Shown: positions 51,741 through 64,000 of the stretch, in pieces
Position numbering within the stretch: position 1 is the stretch's first letter
How the letters are laid out: each line of letters begins with the position of its first letter
Assembly: GCA_951406725.2 (NCBI GenBank)
Contig: OX597818.1
Coordinates: forward strand, 113,398,001 to 113,462,000
From: Octopus vulgaris
Lineage: Eukaryota
Direction of reading: 5' to 3'
DNA: 64,000 bases
Made by a program: the position numbers and the translations under genes
The notes under the pieces: generated by a model
What the model was told of the DNA's origin: nothing
Seen by the model: the letters and a program-made list of their open reading frames with translations, nothing else
Databases searched by the model: none

Positions 51741-53444
51741 TTACGCATTTATTTTATTGTTGGACGGCTGGTTGTGTGGGGTTCCTAGTTGTCTATGGGT
51801 TGGAAAATAATATTGAAAGAACTTGCTGTCCAGCGATCGATATATATCAGTGGAGAGTGTCTAATCGACTAAAGTTTGAAATGCTTGTATGCCAATGTTA
51901 GAAATCAAATTGTTTTTTTTTCTTTACGCCCAGTTTTGTATGTATTATATTTGATTTCAACGCTCATTTTCACACTTCATGAACATTTTCACAAAAGCTA
52001 CTCCTTTTATCATGTCAATATTGATGTTTTAAAAATAGCATCTTACACCTGACCTATTACGTCAACGTCACTGCACGCAACTCTGAATTAAGAAAAATCT
52101 GAGAGCATATTTCACTGTAAGAATATCATTAAGTCTATTTTAAAACTAATCTCGTTTCTTTGCTAAATTATTCATTATTATTATATTTCATGTTTTCAGA
52201 TGGTTTTCTAAATCATTAGTTGAATTTGAACCAGTAATACTTTCAAATAGTATGTTCCATTATAAAGATAAACTCAATTAATCGTATTATTTGCTCAGAG
52301 ATAATAATTTTTTTTTCTGCCATATTTGTTGTAAGATATATTTTTCCCATAGTTAGTATTGTTGTAAATATTAATAATGTCCGTCCACCAGGATAGCCAG
52401 CTTTGCTCAACGGTGAAATATTGGCAAGGATTCTCTTAACTATTTCACGGCATGACCTCGGAGACGCCTTTGCTCTGACAATCTGACAGCCTTTCACATT
52501 TAACTGACCACTGTTGCAAATTTTAGAAGGCACTGCCAAACGTTATGAACGAAATGCCGAACCAATATATTTTGGCAAGATATTAGTCTTAAGAAACCAA
52601 TTCTACACCGTACTTTCAAATATTAATAAAAGAGTAACTTCGTTGCTGGTATGTAATTGTACCGTGTATACACACAAAACTAAATTGATCGAGTGGTCAG
52701 TCAATATTGATGGAAAACACTCTAAGAACACGTTTGTTATTTAATTATAAAAACACGACGACATTATATTTATATAATCAAAATATGTGGGCGTTTTTGT
52801 TTTTGTTTTTTTTTTGTTTTTTGTTTTTTGTTTTTGTAGTCGTTTTAAAGTCAGAAGTGACTTGAGTACGACTAAATACTATAATTGTGGAAAATATTTA
52901 AGGGTACCCAATATTGTTTTCTATTCGAGCAGACAAGGGTGACAACTCTGAGAAAAATTTCGGCGTCAGCGATATATAAACTTTGACCGTGTATGCTGAC
53001 CAAGTAACCAACTTAGTGTATAGAAATAGACGCAAAAAATTTGTTTGGATGCGAAAATTTATTGATAATAACAACAACAGAATCCAATACATTGATTAGT
53101 GATTAGTTAGCATTATTCTCAGAAAATCAATGCGTAGGTAATGATTTTTGGCACCGGGACACGAGTAGAAACAGTCGATTATATCGGCACCACTAGTATT
53201 TCATCGTATGCTGTTCAATCGAGACTAGAAAGTGAAAAGGTAAAAGTGAAAGGTAGAGAATGAAACGTTCGAACTTAGTGGAGTTTTATTGTAATGTACA
53301 GTTTTATGATATAAGCAGTGGCGTGCGTGTGTGATAGATTTACCTCTCGACCATATGGGTCCGGTTTCAGCACGAGCATGTTTAGATATGTGACTAAATG
53401 CATGAGAATACATACATCAAACAAAACATATAAGTCTACGCATA

Positions 53445-53735
53445 TACATACATACATACATGCATGCATACATACATACATACATACATACATACATGCA
53501 TACATACATGCATACATACATACTTACATGCATACATACATGCATACATACATACATACATACATACATACATGCATGCATGCATGCATGCATACATACA
53601 TACATACATACATGCATACATACATACATACATGCATACATACATACTTGCATACATACATACATACTTGCATACATACATACATACATACATACATACA
53701 TGCATGCATGCATGCATACATACATACATACATAC
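53445..53735. repeat. (CATA/CATG)n array, resuming at 55443-55690 on the other side of the LINE
   Basis: Direct inspection. Confidence 0.95.
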
Positions 53736-55442
53736 GATTGAGGACCCTTATCAACAGAGTCAATTATTTGCCGAGGCTTTTTCAACTATTTTCAAACAAG
53801 ATGATGGTCGTGAACCCCCTCCATTTGATAGATCGGTACCTCCAATGCTTCGATTGGTCATCACGCGGGACGAAGTCAAACGTGTTATTCAAGGCCTCGA
53901 TGTCAACAAGGGTCACGGCCCTGACGGCATACACCCACGGGTTATCAAAGCGTTGGCTCCGGTCATCTGCGAGCCCTTAACACGTCTATGCAATATGTCA
54001 TTGGCGACGGGTGTTATATCTGCGGACTGGAGAACAGCGATAATCTGCCCACTTTTCAAGAAAGGGAGCCGCGAAGACCCGCTTAACTACCGACCGGTTT
54101 CCCTTACATCAATAATCAGCAAGATGTTCGAAACCATCCTTAAGAAAAGTATGATGCTCCACCTCCAAAACACAGCCTCTATCTCTGAATCCCAACACGG
54201 CTTCGTGCCGAAGAGATCATGCTTGACCAACTTACTGGTAATGGAAGAATTGGTGACGCGCATCCTCGATGATAGTGATGCTGTTGGCATCGTTTTATTG
54301 GACTTTGCCAAAGCTTTTGACTCGGTAAACCACCGCCTATTACTTGTTAAGCTTCAAGCATATACTTTCCATCCTGATATTGTACAATGGGTTGGTGCCT
54401 TCCTCTCAGATCGCTCCTTCCTAGTCCAAGTTAATGGTTCGCGGTCCGACGTCTCCAGTGCGAGCAGTGGCGTACCTCAAGGTTCAGTGCTTGGACCCTT
54501 GTTGTTCTTAGTCTTCATAAATGACTTGCCCGACGACCTCACGCAACACACCCTTCTATTTGCCGACGATATCAAACTGGTCGCTCCTCGCGGTGATATA
54601 GAGGATCTTCGTCGATGCCTCCACCAAATTTGGAAGTGGTCTAACGAATGGGACCTGTATCTGAACGTGTCAAAGTGCTGGCATCTGCCTGTTGGCTCTC
54701 CTCCTGCAACTCAACTTGATTTCGAGCCGGGTCGTCTGCTGCTGGAGAGGACCGATCAGGTAAAGGACCTGGGTATCTTGGTGGATTCCTCCTTTTCGCC
54801 TTCGGCCCAGTGCGTCCATCCTGCCAACAAAGCACGCGGAATTCTGTTCTTGATTCGACGGTCATTCGGAATGCTCACAGCAGCCATATTCCTACCACTC
54901 TATGTCACGCTGGTGAGACCCATATTGGAGTACGGGATTCAAGCCTCTTCTCCTTATCTCCTCAAAGACATACAGCATCTCGAAAGAGTCCAGAAGCTGG
55001 CTACCCGCATGGTTCATGGTCTCAAAAATTTGTCCTATGAAGAAAGGCTGAGGACGCTCGACCTTTATTCTCTTGAAAAACGCCGCCGCCGTGGTGATCT
55101 CATTCTCGCCCAGAACATCATAAGCGGAAAGTGTAACCTCTCGAAAGAGCTGTTCTTCACTCCTGCTCCAGAGCGTCGGCTGCGGGGTCATTCCGAAATG
55201 CTCTACCTGCGACGATTTCATCTCAATCGAAGGAGAGGAGCTTTCTCCGTCCGAGTTGCGGATCCGTGGAACAAGCTGCCAGACGAGATGGTGAAGATGC
55301 CGACGACCGCTTTGTTCAAAGCCTCCCTTGACCTCAAGTGGCCTGAACTCTTTACATGAACACCACCCTGTACTTAACTTCATGTCCCCCTACATGGCCT
55401 TGCTATTTGCTTTTGAGCCAAACTAACTAACTAACTAACTAA
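53736..55442 (+). mobile_element. 5'-truncated CR1-clade LINE with short 3' UTR and (AACT)n tail, inserted in a (CATA/CATG)n array
   Basis: RT ORF, tail aactaactaact... at 55421-55442, and an abrupt GC shift at both edges. Confidence 0.9.
53737..55359 (+). CDS. CR1/L2-type ORF2 reverse transcriptase, uninterrupted (the track's N-terminal HTYI stretch is microsatellite)
   Basis: GPDGIHPRV, PLFKKG, NYRPVSLTS, QHGF, LDFAKAFDSV, GVPQGSVLGPLLF, FADD, VKDLGI, LVRPILEY, LERVQKLATR, RRRRGDLI, LRGH. Confidence 0.92.
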   Translation: MEDPYQQSQLFAEAFSTIFKQDDGREPPPFDRSVPPMLRLVITRDEVKRVIQGLDVNKGHGPDGIHPRVIKALAPVICEPLTRLCNMSLATGVISADWRTAIICPLFKKGSREDPLNYRPVSLTSIISKMFETILKKSMMLHLQNTASISESQHGFVPKRSCLTNLLVMEELVTRILDDSDAVGIVLLDFAKAFDSVNHRLLLVKLQAYTFHPDIVQWVGAFLSDRSFLVQVNGSRSDVSSASSGVPQGSVLGPLLFLVFINDLPDDLTQHTLLFADDIKLVAPRGDIEDLRRCLHQIWKWSNEWDLYLNVSKCWHLPVGSPPATQLDFEPGRLLLERTDQVKDLGILVDSSFSPSAQCVHPANKARGILFLIRRSFGMLTAAIFLPLYVTLVRPILEYGIQASSPYLLKDIQHLERVQKLATRMVHGLKNLSYEERLRTLDLYSLEKRRRRGDLILAQNIISGKCNLSKELFFTPAPERRLRGHSEMLYLRRFHLNRRRGAFSVRVADPWNKLPDEMVKMPTTALFKASLDLKWPELFT

Positions 55443-56546
55443 CATACATGCATGCATGCATGCATACATACATACATACATACATACATACATGCATACA
55501 TACATACATGCATACATACATACATATATACATGCATGCATACATACATGCATACATACGTACATACATACATGCATACATACATGCATGCATACATACA
55601 TACATGCATACATACATACATACATGCATACATGCATACATACATACATACATACATACATACATACATACATACATACATACATACATACAAAAATACC
55701 TTGTATCTAGGTTAGAAACCGGCTCTTTCTCTATTGGCAAGAAATTTTGAAATGAACTGGATAATGACATACCTAAGCACGTACATATGGACATATATAC
55801 ATAGATAAAAATATATCTACATATACATACATACATACATACATAAATACATACATACATACATACATACATACATACATACATACATACATACATACAT
55901 ACATACATACGCATTTACGTACGTACATATGGATGCACGTCTTTTTGCACAGTTTTCTGAGTGGTGAATAAACTTGACTCTTAAATAAATCGAGAAACGA
56001 AAGAACGTAAAAACCAGGAGCAAAATGGTTGACTTCTTTTACGTATTTTATGAATATAATTAGCAAGAGAAAATGAACAAGAGGGGAAACAGTGCTATTA
56101 TTCAGTGAGATAACTGAGCTATCTAACAGATGGGGGGAACTTATCTTCTACTTAATAAAATAAAGTGATTTAGGGAGATAAGACTTATTAACACCAACAC
56201 CTGCAAATTTTCGCTTTAATTAATATAGCAGCAACAGCAGCAGCAGCGTCAACTGTCAACAGTAATAACGACATTAGTGACGTCATCAGCATCTTTAGTA
56301 GGAGGATGAGGAGGGTGGTTGAAAGGAATATTGTGATCGTGAAGGTGGTGGTGGTGATGGTGGTGATGGAGGTGGGAGATGATTCGCTGAAAATAGTTTG
56401 ATTTTATGATAATTAGATTGATTTATAGAATTGTTAGAATTATGAGCAGAAAGTATTTGCAGCGGCTCTCTGAGTTCAAATTCTGCCCTGGCCAATTTCG
56501 CTATCCACTCATGTGGGATCCAAAGAGTTCCATTCTAGGGATCACT

Positions 56547-56631
<85 letters not shown>

Positions 56632-57983
56632 AACTTTACATGGCTCAAGTGAAATAGGCTCCGCAAAGTTTAAAATATCCAAAACACGCCCTATTTCACA
56701 ACAGTGCATGAACGACCTCCGTCAAGCGTGGAGAGCCTAATACTTTTTGTGCTGCTTTTGTTTAGCCCTCGGTCAGTCTTTATTCACTATACTTAAGATA
56801 CATAGGAGATCGTTCAAACTATTGCATACAATGCAATCTAGAGTTTCAGACCATCACCAAGCAGGTGTCGCTAAGTGATAAAAAGCTTGCTTCCCAGTGA
56901 TGTGGTCTTACGTTCAGCTCCGTTGCGTGGCACATAGGGTAGGTGTCTTCCACTAAAGGCTGCGCAGACCAAAGCCATGTGAGTGAATTTTGTAGACGGA
57001 AACGTTAAAAAGCTTATGGTATGTGTGTTTGTGTGTGTGTATGTGTGTGTGTGTGTGAGTGTGTGTATGTGTGTGTGTGCTTGTGTGAGTGTTTGTGTGT
57101 GTGTGTGTGTATGTGTGTGTGTGTACCTTTGCGTTCATTCGGCTATTCCACGAGTCTAAGAGAGGCTCCGTTAGGTGCCTGCGAAACTTGAAGTAGCACA
57201 GAACCCGACTCATACTGTTTTGAATAATACATGTAACTCTTAATCAATGTGTTCAGTGCCCTTTTTTTCGTTTGTCCACTCACTCATGTATGTGTGTGTG
57301 TGTATGTGTGTGTACGTAGTCTAAAAATCCACTTACAAGGCTTTAATCGGCCCGAGGCTATAGTAGAAGACTCTTGTCCTACGTGCCACGCGGTGGGACT
57401 GAACTCGGAATCATGTAGGTGGGAAACAACTAACCACGCCTGGAGACTTCTTTTTTTCCAGTGAAACAGAAACCAAGTGATTTTGCTGTCGTACGGAGCA
57501 CTGTGGAGTAACAGGCAAATTGTCGTCAGCCACAAGGGCGCGATCCTGCTTCAATACTTTCCGAAAGAAGTACAGTTATGATGATTTAATAATCATATTG
57601 ATATATGAGTCTGAAAACAAAGAGCACTTTCACCTTTACTACATGACAAAAACATGTGGAATATCAGATGCAAACAGTTACAAAGCGGAGAAAAAATTTC
57701 TCCACCAAATATTGCACTCGTGTTTTTCAAAATATTATTTAAATAATAGTAAACAATAACATTGAAGAGAAAAGATATTAATCATATTTTAAAATAAATT
57801 AGAATAGAAATCTTAAGAGACTTGTGGATATTCCTAAGCGTACTGCAGAGGAATGATAAACAAAAGTGAACAGTGAAAAAACAAAAAAAAAATTTCCTTT
57901 GTTCACTAAATTGGTGCGGTTCATACATATTTCTGAGTATGTGCGTATGTTTATCTGCTATATACAAAGACACATATATACGC

Positions 57984-58035
<52 letters not shown>

Positions 58036-58320
58036 GTGCTATTGTCACGTGTATGTGTGTGTGTATAAACACTTTAATGTAGAAAATAATAAATGCAAAA
58101 ATAATGAAAGAATTCTTCATACTGAAAATAGCGTGTCAAATTTATTTCGTTGCTAAAAATTGTAACCACATGTCTTTGAATTCCACATCTCAGATCTTAG
58201 AATTTAAAGTCACGAAACTTGAAGCTTCAACCTTGATATACATGTACATGCGCCTTTAGATATATGTATACATACGTACATACATAAATGCACACATACA
58301 TACATACATACATACATACA

Positions 58321-58353
<33 letters not shown>

Positions 58354-58470
58354 TTATGTATATATATATATGCATTTTGGTATATTTCCTCGCACACACA
58401 AACACACAGAGACAGAAACGCACTGCCTCACACACACACACACACGCACATATATATATATATATATTAA

Positions 58471-58704
58471 CCCACAAAGAATATTTATTCTCCAGTGTGG
58501 TGAAGAGCTGTCATTCTCACTGTTCCACATTGGCCTGTGTGTGTATGTGTGTGTGTTTGCTTGTGTGTCTGTGTCTGTGTCTGTTTGTGAGTGGGTGGAC
58601 GTATGGGTGCGTATGTGCCTGTGGGTCTGTATACATGCAAGTATCGAACAGTGAGTATGAGTGCTCAACACCGTATTGGTGGATAAATATTCTTTATTTG
58701 TGGG
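58471..58704. mobile_element. piggyBac-type MITE
   Basis: TTAA|CCC ... GGG|TTAA, with ~55-bp imperfect TIRs (58471-58525 / 58646-58704) around a (TG)-rich interior. Confidence 0.78.
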
Positions 58705-58924
58705 TTAAGAAGGAAACTAAATTGAACAATTGTAAAGAATAATTGCATGAAACCGTTGGTTACTTTGTTAACCCGTACATATATCCTTTAACAGCTGTTA
58801 ACACAAAAACATTTCATTTGTTTTGAATTTAGCCCATTAGAAATAATGAGGGGAACCAGACTAATTTTTTAACAAAAGAAATTTATCCTAGAATGTTAAT
58901 GCATGTCTGAAAACGCAGTCGAAA

Positions 58925-59145
58925 TGCAGAAACGTTAACACGCCGGGCGAAATGCTTAGCAGTATTTCGTCTGCCGTTACGTTCTGAGTTCAAATTCCGC
59001 CGAGGTCGACTTTGCCTTTCATCCTTTCGGGGTCGATAAATTAAGTACCAGTTATGCACTGGGGTCGATGTAATCGACTTAATTCCTTTGTCTGTTCTTG
59101 TTTGTCCCCTCTTTTGTTTAGCCTCTTGTGAGCAATAAAGAAATA
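58925..59145 (+). mobile_element. SINE family A, monomer
   Basis: Same head and core as the other copies. Confidence 0.85.
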
Positions 59146-59974
59146 AAGAGTTGATGGATTGAGAGCTGTCAGTGTGTGGGAATGCGAACAAATAACGAAC
59201 CAAATATTTCTGAATGTTAACAATTCCACCATATTGTGTTATCAGCAGTGGCCTGACAATAACTCTCACCAGACTGATAACAGGCATGCATAAAATAATT
59301 AAATTCTCCCTGTAGATTCTTTAAACTTTGAAAATGAAATGTATTTTAATAGACACTGACTTAACATTTCAATACATATGTGTGTGTATGTATATGTATA
59401 TATGAATGTGTGTGTGTATGTATGTATGTATGTGTGTATGTATGTATGTATGTATGTATGTATGTATGTATGCATGCATGTATGTATGTATGTATGTATG
59501 TATGTATGTATGTATGTATGTATGTATGTATGTATTATATGGAAATATCAATAAAAGTTTTCATTATCATTCTTCTGCGAAAACAGGTTCCTAGCAAAGA
59601 TTAATTGCAGTTTTGTTCGAAGATTTTTCTTTCCAGAATTTTTATGAGGATTTGTCAATGAAGAAACCATTTTAAAAATAAGATGACGCAAATGAAGTTT
59701 GACTGTAAAATAGTAATAGATTTAGAGTTCGAGTAAAATTGATTATTAGTAAATCATTTTCCAGTGAAACTGTTTCCGTATGATACGAAATATCTTTCAT
59801 AACACATTCTCACAATAAACTGGAACTACAGCTATTCAAACCTAATACTTGTTATTGACTTTATTTTTGAAATGGGATATTTTAAATACATGCGAGTGTG
59901 AGATATCTCCGACTATAGGTACATACGATAGGGAGTTCCAGTTCAAAGCATTGTTTAATTATTTACGGTAGTAA

Positions 59975-60370
59975 GGCGGCGAGCTGGCAGAAACGTTAGC
60001 ATGCTGGGCGAAATGTTTAGCGGTACTTCGTCTGCCGTTACGTTCTGAGTTCAAATTTCGCCGAGGTCGACTTTGCCTTTCATCCTTTCGGAGTCGATAA
60101 ATTAAGTACCAGTTACGCATTGGGGTCGATATAATCGACTAATCCCTTTGTCTGTCCTTGTTTGTCTCCTCTGTGTGTAGCCCCTTGTGGGCAGTAAAGA
60201 AATAGACATTTCGTCTGCCGCTGCGTTCTGAGTTCAAATTCCGCCAAGGTCGACTTTGCCTTTCATCCTTTCGGGTCGATAAATTATGTACCAGTTACGC
60301 ACTGGGGAGGATCTAATCGACTGGCCCACTACCCAAAAATTTCGGGCCTTGTGCCTAGAGTAGAAATGAA
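59975..60370 (+). mobile_element. SINE family A, two-unit copy
   Basis: Core repeated at 183-nt period. Confidence 0.85.
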
Positions 60371-62594
60371 TTATTTACAGCAGTGATTATCAAATTCGTA
60401 CGAAACGAAAGCATCCACGAAATACATTTCAGTTTTTGTGTAAGACCGACTCCTGAAAGGTTTCGTCATTAAAGACTGCGGGAAACTGTGCTTAAACATT
60501 ATTGAATGTTGTAAGTAAATCATGAAATATGCTAATGTTTAAAATATTGATTTGTTCACAAAAAGCAACATGAACTAATTTTGATTATTTGTTTTGACAT
60601 TCGTGGTTCAATCACATTAAGATATTTCAATGAAACTCCGTTTCAAGCGCACTACTCTTTGAAATACGGTAAGTTACTAATTTCCTTTTGTCAAAAAACG
60701 TAATTGTCAATTATAGTCAATTATGTGTATCACCTACTTTGCAATTTAGTACATTTATTAAGGTGTTCACATTTGCATTTGGTAGGACAGAAATTGTAAG
60801 AGGTTTAAGCATTCTTTGAACTAATAATATTGATTTTAATCTGTTCATCGACGACTCTCCCTCCTAAACAGTTTGGTAATGTTTCTGTTCATTTATTATC
60901 CATCAGTTTTGTAAGATTAGCCGCTCGTCAGGCTGAGAAAAATAAACTGTCAAGGTATCAGTGACATAAACCTCTCTGACAGGTTTATGACGAACGTGTG
61001 GCAGTGGAGACTTTCTGCATTCTTGGTGCCCCCGGACCAAATCCCTGCTCACCGCTATCGGGGTGGAGATAGCTATCCACAAGTACAAGCCCCATGAGTC
61101 GGAGTACCTGTCCCAGTGCCATCCTCCGGGGCAGCGCCTTTTCCATTTTGTTTGCTGACACTATAAGGCAGTCTGAATTACAGAAAGTGGTACATCCCAC
61201 TCCTTAATGTAAAGTTACTCCGTATCATGCCTTGCGCTTCATAAAAAGCAACGAGCCTTCACGTTCCATCGACGTTCAATGAATGGTTGTGGTAGTATTT
61301 TGATTGTTTTATTTTATTTATTTAGCAATAAAACAAGTCGAAGAATTGAGGATACGCGCAAAAATATTTAAAGAAAGGTTTTGCATAGGTAACAGATTGC
61401 ACCGTACAAAATGCCATACTTTACAAATATACGAATACCTCAGCTGTATCTTCTACATCTTCTGTTGTGTGCATTTTCCAAGGGTTTCTGACGATGTACA
61501 GAATATAGCTGAACATTATCATTGGTATTAAATTTGGAGAGAAATCACCAGAAATGTTACTTACAAGCAAATGGCAAAACGTTTTTCTCTTTTGCAATTT
61601 GCATGATCCGAAGATTTTTAGACTGTGTTGATGCTTTAGAAAGAAAATGTCAAGAATGGAGACTTCAGCTTTTCGTACATATAGACAGCTTTGAGAAAGA
61701 TGGAGTTTGGAAACTATAGCAACATCAGAAACAGTATTAGGAATCTTCTTTTTTTTTTTTTTGAAATATTCCAAACAACACTTCCTTGCACAGAAATAAA
61801 AGTCACCAGAAAAATCCATTTGACGCAGCTATTGATTGATACGTCATTTTTAATGAGCCGAAGATACCATCTTTTGCAGTTGAACTTTGATCGGGTGTGG
61901 AAACTAAAAATCTTCATTATCATTGTTAATGTTAAATAAGATGATCAAATTGGAAAAATTTGATTTTTGAAGATTTTAAAATTCTCGCCTGATTTTCTAA
62001 CACATACTTTCAAACAAAATATTCTCATTAATGATTCAATGGAAAAGGCAAGCAATCTGTGGAGAGGTGCATTCTCTTCGCTTTTGCTACAAAGAACAAC
62101 TTCATAAATCCAACTGCAAAACTAAACGCTACATACAGCCGGGAGTTTCATGTCATATGATTGATGTAAGATGAAATTATTTATGGCATCGGAAACGCTT
62201 CAAACTGAATCTGTTATTCTATTAGGAAATATAGTATTTTCCATAAAAAGAAAATAAAAATATGTCTATGCATATATTCTGTCTCCTGTACAGATTAGGA
62301 TGTTTTTCTATGTCTCTTTGTATTACTTGGGGTTCTTATCCAAAGATGGTTAAACTGCATTTAGGGGATTCAATAGCATATAACATTAACACAAGAAGAA
62401 TTATTCCAATTTTGTTGCTTTCACTGTTTATTTTCAGGCCAAAGAAATTCCAGCCATAAACATCTCGTCTGTTTTAAGTATATTTGGGAATGTACTGTGT
62501 ATGTAATGTGTTTTTGCCTTGTTTAAGAGGATATGGCGTTGTCTGAGTCAGACATCGATGCTCTTTTTTAGCAGGCTGATCAAAACAGAAGTGA

Positions 62595-62668
62595 TCTGTG
62601 CGTTTGTGTGCGTGTGTGTCTGAGGGAGGCGTATATTCGTATGTGCGTGTGTGCCTGTGCGTGTATTC

Positions 62669-62718
<50 letters not shown>

Positions 62719-63290
62719 CTCTGTGTGTGTGTACGTGTGCCTGTATATGTGTGTCTGTATTTGTGTGTGCGTGCGTGCGTGTGTGTGTGCCTGTGTGTTT
62801 ATTCGTGTATGTGTTCGCATGTGTCTTCATGCGTGCATGTATATGCTTGTGTGCCTTTGTGTGTGTCTCTGTGCGTTCGTGTGTATCTGTGCGTGCATGT
62901 ATTTGCGTGTGTGACCGTGTGCGTATGTGTGCGTGCGTGTATATGTATGTGTCTTTGTGTGTGTGTGTGTGTGTGTGTGTGTTTGTGTGCGTGTGTGTGT
63001 GTTTGTGTATTCGTGTGTGTGTGTTTGTGTGTGCGTGCGTAGTGTGGCGGTGCGTGTATTCGTGTGTGTGTGCGCGTGTGTATGTGTGCGTGTATATGTG
63101 GGTGTCTTTTTGTATGTTTGTGTGTTTGTGTGTGCGAGTGTGCGTGCGTGTGTGTGCCTATGTGTGTATTCGTGTGTGTGTGTGTGTATTTTTATGTGCG
63201 TGCTTCTGTGTGAGTCTGTGGGTGTGTGTGTGCGAGTGCGTGCAGCGCGCGCGAGTTTGCATGTGTGTGTGTGTGTGTGCGTGTGTGTTC
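62595..63290. repeat. Long degenerate (TG)-rich low-complexity tract
   Basis: Direct inspection. Confidence 0.95.
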
Positions 63291-64000
63291 TTCCATCTTT
63301 ATAGCCACGTTATAGCTCCTGCTTGCTTCTTTCTTCTGCTTTATTATTCTGTAGATCTCAAGAATCGACAAATTTGTTGATTATGAATTGATTTTACCGC
63401 ATAGAGCAGATTTTACGAAAACTAAGGTCAAGGAAAGCATTTCCAATGTAATTCTAATTTTCTTTTCAATGCTTGAAGCCCAGACAAATATATGCAAGAT
63501 ATTATGCAACAAGATTTGAACGTATCATTTGAATAAGTTAGCAGAATTTTGAAATTTGTTTTCCATTAACATCATAGAGAATATTTACACTGAATGGCGA
63601 ACAGTTAGTGTATGTTTACCTTGACAAACAACGCTAAAGACGTGTGTTCTCGGTAATGTCTCCAACCGTGTTACTATATTCTCTATTATTTCTTTTAATA
63701 CTGTTAATAACAATTCTGCACGTTATTTTTATTATTATTCCATTTCTAGTAAAATATTACATCATCATACAAAACTATTGCATTAATCGCACAGTTGCTA
63801 GCATCGCCACCACTATCACAACCATGACTGCCAAATTGGCAACAATCCAGGTTTTATACGCTACAAGAAGGGAGTTTTTGAATCTCTACATGAACTGTAA
63901 CCAAAGAATTCAAATGGAAATAGTACAAATGTTGAAGCCTACATTAAAATTCACATGATGTACGAATATATTGGAATCACTCCAACCATCACATTACATT

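Noticed and set aside
53464-53736. Apparent His/Tyr-rich N-terminal domain fused to the LINE RT
   Set aside because: It is the flanking (CATA)n array, in frame by chance.
54892-55383. Antisense ORFs over the LINE
   Set aside because: Shadow ORFs of GC-rich coding sequence with no recognisable motifs.
60920-61260. GC-rich block with short ORFs
   Set aside because: Probably a TE relic, but no motif supports a call.

Overview
AT-rich, microsatellite-dense animal DNA with no host gene I can identify. The repeat families resemble those I recall from octopus (an inference, not verified). Most ORFs in the track are microsatellite translations. The recognisable content is transposable elements: (1) a ~5-kb fold-back Penelope-like element (RT + GIY-YIG) with 2.2-kb near-identical inverted arms, each ending in a minimal hammerhead ribozyme; (2) a 5'-truncated but uninterrupted CR1-type LINE; (3) two R4/Dong-like RLE fragments at (TAA)n tracts; (4) Tc1/mariner relics and hAT- and piggyBac-type MITEs; (5) many tRNA-derived SINEs. 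The most unusual item is a short, TSD-flanked non-coding family (1069-1280 and 22059-22417). It joins a tRNA-type Pol III head (A/B boxes, seen in the second copy) to a minimal hammerhead ribozyme and a Penelope-type 3' end with an inverted copy and a one-sided tail, which makes it a candidate Penelope-mobilised, ribozyme-bearing SINE. The same 'arm / inverted arm / one-sided tail' layout recurs with arms from ~20-30 bp to 2.2 kb.
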